Shown piece by piece: positions 55,101 through 64,000 of a stretch of DNA of 64,000 bases. The DNA lies in contig OZ024743.1 of assembly GCA_964016885.1 (NCBI GenBank), positions 76,446,001-76,510,000 on the forward strand. Reading direction: 5' to 3'. The notes beneath the pieces were generated by a model. It worked only from the letters and a program-made list of their open reading frames with translations. It had not been told where the DNA came from and searched no databases. The position numbers were made by a program, and so were the translations under genes. Origin of the DNA: Eledone cirrhosa (lineage: Eukaryota). Position 1 is the first letter of the stretch, and each line of letters starts with the position of its first letter.

Positions 55101-58100
55101 GGTTGGCCCAGTGTAAGGTCTTTCTTGTCACCATTGTTCAGAGAGTGGGGTTGGTCCAGTGCAAGGTCTTTCTTGTCACCATTGTTCAGAGAGTGGGGTT
55201 GGTCCAGTGTAAGGTCTTTCTTGTCACCATTGTTCAGAGAGTGGAGTTGGCCCAGTGCAAGGTCTTTCTTGTCACCATTGTTCAGAGATTGGGGTTGGCC
55301 CAGTGCAAGGTCTTTCTTGTCACCATTGTTCAGAGAGTGGGGTTGGTTCAGTGCAAGGTCTTTCTTGTCACCATTGTTCAGAGAGTGGGGTTGGTTCAGT
55401 GTAAGGTCTTTCTTGTCACCATTGTTCAGAGAGTGGGGTTGGTCCAGTGTAAGGTCTTTCTTGTCACCATTGTTCAGAGAGTGGGGTTGGCCCAGTGTAA
55501 GGTCTTTCTTGTCACCATTGTTCAGAGAGTGGGGTTGGTCCAGTGTAAGGTCTTTCTTGTCACCATTGTTCAGAGAGTGGGGTTGGTCCAGTGCAAGGTC
55601 TTTCTTGTCACCATTGTTCAGAGAGTGGGGTTGGTCCAGTGCAAGGTCTTTCTTGTCACCATTGTTCAGAGAGTGGGGTTGGTCCAGTGTAAAGTCTTTC
55701 TTGTCACCATTGTTCAGAGAGTGGGATTGGCCCAGTGCAAGGTCTTTCTTGTCACCATTGTTCAGAGAGTGGGGTTGGCCCAGTGCAAGGTCTTTCTTGT
55801 CACCATTGTTCAGAGAGTGGGGTTGGTTCAGTGCAAGGTCTTTCTTGTCACCATTGTTCAGAGAGTGGGGTTGGTCCAGTGTAAGGTCTTTCTTGTCACC
55901 ATTGTTCAGAGAGTGGGGTTGGTTCAGTGTAAGGTCTTTCTTGTCACTATTGTTCAGAGAGTGGGGTTGGTCCAGTGTAAGGTCTTTCTTGTCACCATTG
56001 TTCAGAGAGTGGGGTTGGCCCAGTGTAAGGTCTTTCTTGTCACCATTGTTCAGAGAGTGGGGTTGGTCCAGTGCAAGGTCTTTCTTGTCACCATTGTTCA
56101 GAGAGTGGGGTTGGTCCAGTGTAAGGTCTTTCTTGTCACCATTGTTCAGAGAGTGGGGTTGGCCCAGTGTAAGGTCTTTCTTGTCACCATTGTTCAGAGA
56201 GTGGGGTTGGTCCAGTGCAAGGTCTTTCTTGTCACCATTGTTCAGAGAGTGGGGTTGGTCCAGTGTAAGGTCTTTCTTGTCACCATTGTTCAGAGAGTGG
56301 AGTTGGCCCAGTGCAAGGTCTTTCTTGTCACCATTGTTCAGAGAGTGGGGTTGGTCCAGTGTAAAGTCTTTCTTGTCACCATTGTTCAGAGAGTGGGGTT
56401 GGCCCAGTGCAAGGTCTTTCTTGTCACCATTGTTCAGAGAGTGGGGTTGGCCCAGTGCAAGGTCTTTCTTGTCACCATTGTTCAGAGAGTGGGGTTGGTT
56501 CAGTGCAAGGTCTTTCTTGTCACCATTGTTCAGAGAGTGGGGTTGGTTCAGTGTAAGGTCTTTCTTGTCACCATTGTTCAGAGAGTGGGGTTGGCCCAGT
56601 GTAAGGTCTTTCTTGTCACCATTGTTCAGAGAGTGGGGTTGGTCCAGTGTAAGGTCTTTCTTGTCACCATTGTTCAGAGAGTGGGGTTGGCCCAGTGTAA
56701 GGTCTTTCTTGTCACCATTGTTCAGAGAGTGGGGTTGGTCCAGTGCAAGGTCTTTCTTGTCACAATTGTTCTGAGAGTGGGGTTGGTCCAGTGTAAGGTC
56801 TTTCTTGTCACAATTGTTCTGAGAGTGGGGTTGGTCCAGTGTAAGGTCTTTCTTGTCACCATTGTTCAGAGAGTGGGGTTGGCCCAGTGTAAGGTCTTTC
56901 TTGTCACCATTGTTCAGAGAGTGGGGTTGGCCCAGTGTATGGTCTTTCTTGTCACCATTGTTCAGAGAGTGGGGTTGGCCCAGTGAAGGTCTTTCTTGCC
57001 ACCATTGTTCAGAGAGTGGGGTTGGTCCAGTGCAAGGTCTTTCTTGTCACAATTGTTCTGAGAGTGGGGTTGGTCCAGTGTAAGGTCTTTCTTGTCACAA
57101 TTGTTCTGAGAGTGGGGTTGGTCCAGTGTAAGGTCTTTCTTGTCACCATTGTTCAGAGAGTGGGGTTGGCCCAGTGTAAGGTCTTTCTTGTCACCATTGT
57201 TCAGAGAGTGGGGTTGGCCCAGTGTATGGTCTTTCTTGTCACCATTGTTCAGAGAGTGGGGTTGGCCCAGTGAAGGTCTTTCTTGCCACCATTGTTCAGA
57301 GAGTGGGGTTGGTCCAGTGCAAGGTCTTTCTTGTCACCATTGTTCAGAGAGTGGGGTTGGTCTAGTGTAAGGTCTTTCTTGTCACCATTGTTCAGAGAGT
57401 GGGGTTGGCCCAGTGTAAGGTCTTTCTTGTCACCATTGTTCAGAGATTGGTGTTGGCCCAGTGCAAGTTCTTTCTTGTCACCATTGTTCAGAGAGTGGGT
57501 TGGCCCAGTGTAAGGTCTTTCTTGTCACCATTGTTCAGAGAGTGGGGTTGGCTCAGTGCAAGGTCTTTCTTGTCACCATTGTTCAGAGAGTGGGGTTGGT
57601 CCAGTGTAAGGTCTTTCTTGTCACCATTGTTCAGAGAGTGGGGTTGGTCCAGTGCAAGGTCTTTCTTGTCACCATTGTTCAGAGAGTGGGGTTGGTCCAG
57701 TGTAAGGTCTTTCTTGTCACCATTGTTCAGAGAGTGGGGTTGGCCCAGTGTAAGGTCTTTCTTGTCACCATTGTTCAGAGAGTGGGGTTGGCTCAGTGCA
57801 AGGTCTTTCTTGTCACCATTGTTCAGAGAGTGGGGTTGGTCCAGTGCAAGTTCTTTCTTGTCACCATTGTTCAGAGAGTGGGGTTGGTCCAGTGTAAGGT
57901 CTTTCTTGTCACCATTGTTCAGAGAGTGGGGTTGGTCCAGTGCAAGGTTTTTCTTGTCACCATTGTTCAGAGAGTGGGGTTGGCTCAGTGCAAGGTCTTT
58001 CTTGTCACCATTGTTCAGAGAGTGGGGTTGGTCCAGTGCAAGGTATTTCTTGTCACCATTGTTCAGAGAGTGGGGTTGGCTCAGTGTAAGGTCTTTCTTG

Positions 58101-58530
58101 TCACCATTGTTCAGAGAGTGGGGTTGGCCCAGTGCAAGGTCTTTCTTGTCACCATTGTTCAGAGAGTGGGGTCTGTCCAGTGTAAGGTCTTTCTTGTCAC
58201 CATTGTTCAGAGAGTGGGGTTGGCCCAGTGTAAGGTCTTTCTTGTCACGATTGTTCAGAGAGTGGGGTTGGTCCAGTGCAAGGTCTTTCTTGTCACCATT
58301 GTTCAGAGAGTGGGGTTGGCCCAGTGCAAGGTCTTTCTTGTCACCATTGTTCAGAGAGTGGGGTTGGCCCAGTGCAAGGTCTTTCTTGTCACCATTGTTC
58401 AGAGAGTGGGGTTGCCAGTGTATGTTTTGGTTGCCAACTCTGCGCAAGACATTTTAGATCATTGGGTGGGCTGAAAAACCAAATTCGATCGCTGAACTGT
58501 TAATTGTTATTGTGTGTGTGTATGTGTATA

Positions 58531-58619
<89 letters not shown>

Positions 58620-58734
58620 ATTATTATTATTACTATTGTTATTAATATATTATTATTATTATTATTATTGTCGTTATTATGTGTTTTTTCGTGCAATGGC
58701 CATACTCGATAACGAGGGGGCAGCCATCATCATG
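43113..58734 (+). mobile_element. RTE-like non-autonomous element, copy 3, carrying the 15-kb 48-bp array internally
   Basis: Starts ATGCGTAGAGACAT and has AGAAGGAAAACTCTGATGTAAAACCTGC, a motif I recall from RTE-clade 5' UTRs. After the array and a microsatellite it ends ATGGCCATACTCGATAACGAGGGGGCAGCCATCATCATG. Confidence 0.7.
43282..58414. repeat. 48-bp tandem array, ~315 copies (TGTCACCATTGTTCAGAGAGTGGGGTTGGYCCAGTGYAAGGTCTTTCT)
   Basis: Highly homogeneous, with two dominant biallelic C/T sites and occasional 46/47/49-bp units. Confidence 0.99.
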
Positions 58735-58741
58735 TATGTGT

Positions 58742-58788
<47 letters not shown>

Positions 58789-59485
58789 TGTGGCTTTATA
58801 CTTTTTTAATTTCTTACCAACAGAGAGCCGATTTCTAACACAGAAACAAGACTCGTTGGAATTTTGACATCAGTTAGATAATAGTAGTGTGTGTGGGGGG
58901 GGGGGTCTGTATGTGTTGGGCTATACGTGCACATATTCATGTTTCTATATCTATACATGTGTATACGTACTTATGTATGTATGTATGTATGTATGTATGT
59001 ATGTATGTATGTATGTATGCATGCATGCATGTGTGTATGTGTGTATGTATGTATGTATGACGTATGTATGTACACGTATATATGTATGTACGTATTTATA
59101 TGTATATATGTATATATATGTATGTATGTATGTACATATTTATGAATGTATATATGTATATATGTATATATGTATATATGTATGTATGTATGTATTTATA
59201 TGTATATATGTATGTATGTACATATGTCTGCATATATGTATGTACGTACATATGTGTGTATTATGTATGTACGTATATATATATGTGTGTATTTACGTAC
59301 ATATGTATATATGTATGTACGTACATATGTGTGTATATATGTATGTATATATGTATGTATATATATATATATATGTGTATATATGTATGTACGTACATAT
59401 GTGTGTGTATATGTATGTAAATATGTATGTACGTACATATGTGTGTATTATATATGTATGTGTATTTGTATGTATCTGTATATGA
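58511..59485. repeat. Compound (TG)n/(TA)n/(TTA)n/(TATG)n microsatellites
   Basis: Direct reading. Confidence 0.95.
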
Positions 59486-59969
59486 CTATGGTGTATATAG
59501 TATATGTGACTATAATCTACAATAGTCTGTCTACACACTTAGTAACACTTCGAATGTCACGGTTGAAGTAGTTTAAGGATTTTCTTATCGTCCTAACTAT
59601 TACTTCAAATCTCGTCTGCAACTGTCGCTGCCTGCTTAGCTTCCTATACGGAGGTGGCTGCCATCTTTGTTGATGTTGTTATTGGTATTGTTGTTGTTGT
59701 TCTTCTTGGTGGTGGTGGTGGTGGTGGAGGTGGTGGTGGTGGTGGTGGTGGTGATGGTGGTGTTGTAGCTGTTGTTGTTGCTGTTGCTTTTGCTGTTGCT
59801 ATTTCTGTTGTTGTTGCTGTTGTTGTTTCTGAAACAAGTTGCAGTCAGACGACATCTAATTGTATAAGTCAGCAGTTTGTCTGGTAAACAAGAAGACTCT
59901 TGATAGATGGTTCCCGAGAAACCTCCTCCTCCTCCCCCTCCTCCTCCTTCCCCACCCCAATCCATCCCC

Positions 59970-60207
59970 TCCTACAGCCTGGTTATATGTAGTGTGGTTG
60001 TTTGGTGGTGGTGGTGTTGGGGATTGAGATAGAAGTAGAGAGGGATAAGTTCTGTGTGGTGAAGAATAGAGAGAAAAATCTCCTCCCCCCCCCCCTCCTT
60101 CCTGCAACCTGGTTATATGTAGTATGGTTGTTCGGTGGTGGTGTTGGTGGTGGGGATTGAGGTAGAAGTAAAGAGGGGTAAGTTCTGTGTGGTGAGGAAG
60201 AGAGAGA
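59970..60207. repeat. ~130-bp tandem duplication
   Basis: CCTRCARCCTGGTTATATGTAGT.TGGTTG...GGGATTGAG.TAGAAGTA.AGAGGG.TAAGTTCTGTGTGGTGA occurs twice. Confidence 0.85.
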
Positions 60208-60479
60208 AGGCGGGGGTTGTTAGGCTATTGTTGAAAGCAAGAGCTACATTTTACATGAAATAACAGAGTGTGGTGGTATAAATCACAGCCCTACCACTCA
60301 GACAGAATGTCGAGCTACCTCACGACAGACATTCATCAGAGGGACATACCCTTTTCACGTCTAATCAATCTGCCTCATCTCCTTGTCTTCTCGCTTCTTT
60401 GCTCCTTACTTCCCAAGAAATCATCGACAATGATGATAAATACACTCAAACATACGTCTACTCTACATACATGTATGTA

Positions 60480-60545
<66 letters not shown>

Positions 60546-60652
60546 ACATATATATATAATATATATATGTATCTATGTGTATATATATACATATATACAT
60601 ATCTATATATATATACATATATATACACATATATATGTATTATATATATATG

Positions 60653-60722
<70 letters not shown>

Positions 60723-60804
60723 CAAAGAGGGTGTGGTAAGAAACCAGGTGGACCATGACGCACCTGAGTACTCAATGCTTAGGGTAGTAGAGTGGGTAAT
60801 AGGA

Positions 60805-60865
<61 letters not shown>

Positions 60866-61009
60866 GAGAGGTGGGATGCAGTGCTGAGACCGGGGAGACC
60901 ACTAATCAAGGGAGTACTCAAAACATGGGGAGATGCAGAGTGGGTCTAGAGACATGAAAAATTCCCGACCGCGACGCCAAGCTGTTTCCGCGCCACTGTC
61001 GGGATTTTA

Positions 61010-61457
<448 letters not shown>

Positions 61458-61603
61458 GTATTATATATATATATTTACTCGTGTCTCCACCTAAACACAC
61501 CGAACGTATCTATTAACTAAATGTGTGCACTCTGAACAGTTTATTGCCACTGTATAACTGCAATTCGACAGATTCACTGAATTTATACCAGCGATCTTCG
61601 TTA

Positions 61604-61641
<38 letters not shown>

Positions 61642-61644
<3 letters not shown>

Positions 61645-62153
61645 CATGGCTATAAAATTGAGGGTTGTTTGTATAATTGCAAACAAATAGAATGTTATTA
61701 ATATTCGAAAAACTCAGATTACATTTATTGTATTCAGCAATGTAGAGCGAAATTTTCTTTTTTATTTGAATTTGGCAAAGTCAGCCATTTGTCGCTCGTA
61801 TACAGGAAACTGACTGGTCAGTCTGCTGATATGCAAAATGGCTGATCAGTGGATCCGCTAATATGCAGATCTTACTGATCAGCCAGTCTGCTAATATGCA
61901 AATCAAGCTGATCAGTCACTGTATATTTTTGAAAATAGCATATATTTTCACTAGCTCTGACAGTTGGCAGGTGAACAGAGAGCTGTACTGATGAAGGGTG
62001 ATACCCAGAAACATTAGTGTCTGCAGTTCTGTTCGCATGCCAACATAAGAGCAAGAATGAAGTGTTCATTCTACTGACATGGCTATAAAATTGAGGCTTG
62101 TTTGCATAATTGCAAACGAATCGAATGTTATTATTAATATTCGAAAAATTCAG

Positions 62154-62157
<4 letters not shown>
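61642..62157 (+). mobile_element. Retrozyme-like non-coding element (433-bp unit + ~80-bp terminal direct repeat) in (TA)n
   Basis: Direct repeats at 61642-61721 and 62075-62157, an internal hammerhead, no credible ORF and (TA)n flanks. Confidence 0.72.
61971..62036 (+). ncRNA. Type I hammerhead ribozyme with GUC cleavage site
   Basis: GUGAACAGA-GAGCUGUA-CUGAUGA-A-GGGU-GAU-ACCC-A-GAAA-CA-UUAG-UG-UC^UGCAGUUC-UGUUCGC; all three stems pair. Confidence 0.85.
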
Positions 62158-62233
<76 letters not shown>

Positions 62234-62373
62234 ATGTGAAGACTAAAATCCAAAGAGGGTTCGATAAGATTAAATATATATCAGATATATAAGAACCGTA
62301 GAGCAAATATTTATTAAAATAACAGATTAAGGGTGAAAGCACCGATTCTTGGCTTAAACTTTAATCTGTTATT

Positions 62374-62457
<84 letters not shown>

Positions 62458-62458
62458 G

Positions 62459-62508
62459 ATGCGAAGTAGTTTCAGATATTATATATAACATCTGAAACTA
62501 CTTCGCAT
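62459..62508. repeat. 50-bp palindrome centred on TATATA
   Basis: ATGCGAAGTAGTTTCAGAT-ATTATATATAAC-ATCTGAAACTACTTCGCAT. Confidence 0.9.
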
Positions 62509-63123
62509 TTTCTCATTCTATATATATATATATTCTATATATATTTATTTAGGTTTGTTGGTTCACCACTGGATAGAACTGGTCATTCCGTATGGTCAAC
62601 CTCGATGTAATATTATGGAGAGTACTCAACGTAATGCAACTCACCCGTCTTCGTTTGTGTGGTTGGTGGTGCGAGTACGGAGTTAATTATTAGAAAATAA
62701 CAGGAGACTGGACTGGTGTAAATCCTTGAAAGGTTTATTATACTATGATCATCTCAATGACCGGGTTCAGTATGATTCCGGTGACATCATCAGGTATTCA
62801 AAATATAACAAAGGAATATAACAGATAAAATCTATGAGGCCGAAAATCAGAGACAAGAAGACGACCGACTATTTAGCAGTTTCTACCTTAGTAGATATAT
62901 ATATATACATATATATATACTAATAATATTCTTCATTGTACTGTGTCGTTTGCTTTGTTGTTTCTGTTTGCCTTTTGCTTACATACATACATATATATGT
63001 ATGTATGGTTGCATGTATATATATATATATATATATATATACATGTGTGTGTGTACCTATGTATGCGTAGATACATATTTAAATGTGTGTGTATAGTGTA
63101 TATAGAGCACTATGTTTTTCTTT

Positions 63124-63512
63124 TTTCAAGCTGTTATATTTCAAGCTATGTTATATTTCAAGCTCTGTTATATTTCAAGCTATGTTATATTTCAAGCTAT
63201 GTTATATTTCAAGCTATGTTATATTTCAAGCTATGTTATATTTCAAGCTATGTTATATTTCAAGCTATGTTATATTTCAAGCTCTGTTATATTTCAAGCT
63301 ATGTTATATTTCAAGCTATGTTATATTTCAAGCTATGTTATATTTCAAGCTATGTTATATTTCAAGCTATGTTATATTTCAAGCTATGTTATATTTCAAG
63401 CTATGTTATATTTCAAGCTATGTTATATTTCAAGCTATGTTATATTTCAAGCTATATTATATTTCAAGCTATGTTATATTTCAAGCTATGTTATATTTCA
63501 AGCTATGTTATA
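63124..63512. repeat. 17-bp minisatellite (CAAGCTATGTTATATTT), ~23 copies
   Basis: Direct reading; all three forward frames show 17-aa periodicity. Confidence 0.97.
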
Positions 63513-63597
63513 TTAAAGACAACACTGTATTCATATTTCATATATTTTTCATTAACATTTTTTTCATATTACTATTACGTTTGGTTTGGAATAATAA

Positions 63598-63776
63598 TTG
63601 TTTCTACATTTGGCACAAGGACAGCAATTATCCAGTACTTTACTGGTACTTTATTTTATCGACCCCGTAAGGATGAAAAGCAAAGTTAACCTCGGCGGGA
63701 TCTGAACTCAGATCGTAAAGGGACGTAACTATGCTGGGAAGCATGGCGTCCGACTCTCTACCTATACTGCCAATCC
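63598..63776 (-). mobile_element. tRNA-derived SINE (same family), minus strand
   Basis: Reverse complement of TGGCAGTATAGG...GAGTTCAGATCCCGCCGAGG...TTTTCATCCTTACGGGGTCGATAAAATAAAGTACC...CCTTGTGCCAAATGTAGAAACAA. Confidence 0.87.
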
Positions 63777-64000
63777 CTGTCGTTTCGAGTCTTTCACATA
63801 AAGTTGTAATGGTGTGTTGTTAGCAAAGGACCATGGAAGTATATATAAGTTCACTACCATACCAGTATGTATAACACACACTGACTTACATACTTAACAC
63901 AATATACCTTTAAAAACACATACATTTAAACATACACATACACTCACACATAATATCGACACTAATACACACAAACACACCTCTTTTGCATTCCAAATCG

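Noticed and set aside
43250-58503. Very long ORFs (up to 936 aa) with 16-aa repeats
   Set aside because: A 48-bp stop-free unit opens several frames on both strands at once. Indel units switch frames freely, and the flanks are retroelement UTR-like with no gene context.
59560-59965. Possible minus-strand low-complexity exon (Thr/Pro-, Asn/Thr- or Gln/His-rich) with a candidate acceptor at ~59832
   Set aside because: Explained by (CAA)n/(CAC)n trinucleotide repeats; there is no recognisable domain or linked exon, so it is unsupported without RNA data.
62943-63689. 248/195/134-aa ORFs
   Set aside because: Translations of the 17-bp minisatellite.

Overview
Eukaryotic, AT-rich, microsatellite-dense animal DNA. 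The SINE family and (TA)n/(CA)n load suggest an octopod cephalopod, which is an inference from memory. I found no credible host protein-coding gene; nearly all ORFs in the track are translations of tandem repeats. Layout: (1) 1-26.2 kb is a 37-bp satellite with ~4.15-kb higher-order repeats, cleanly interrupted by a 1.1-kb non-autonomous Helitron. (2) 26.2-43.1 kb is a mosaic of a mariner remnant, a tRNA-derived SINE, a near-complete Penelope-like element (RT + C-terminal GIY-YIG) in (TA)n, a second Helitron, a decayed RLE-type (R4/Dong-like) non-LTR element and many short fold-back inserts. The PLE carries a type I hammerhead ribozyme and a twin-priming-like inverted pseudo-LTR. (3) 43.3-58.4 kb is a ~315-copy 48-bp array that expanded inside one member of a tandem cluster of RTE-like non-autonomous elements; unexpanded siblings sit directly upstream. 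(4) 58.4-64 kb holds microsatellites, SINEs, a 17-bp minisatellite and a 433-bp-unit retrozyme-like element with terminal direct repeats and an intact-looking GUC hammerhead. The main theme is a (TA)n-targeting, hammerhead-bearing Penelope-type system: an autonomous-type element, mini copies with the same inversion geometry, and a retrozyme.
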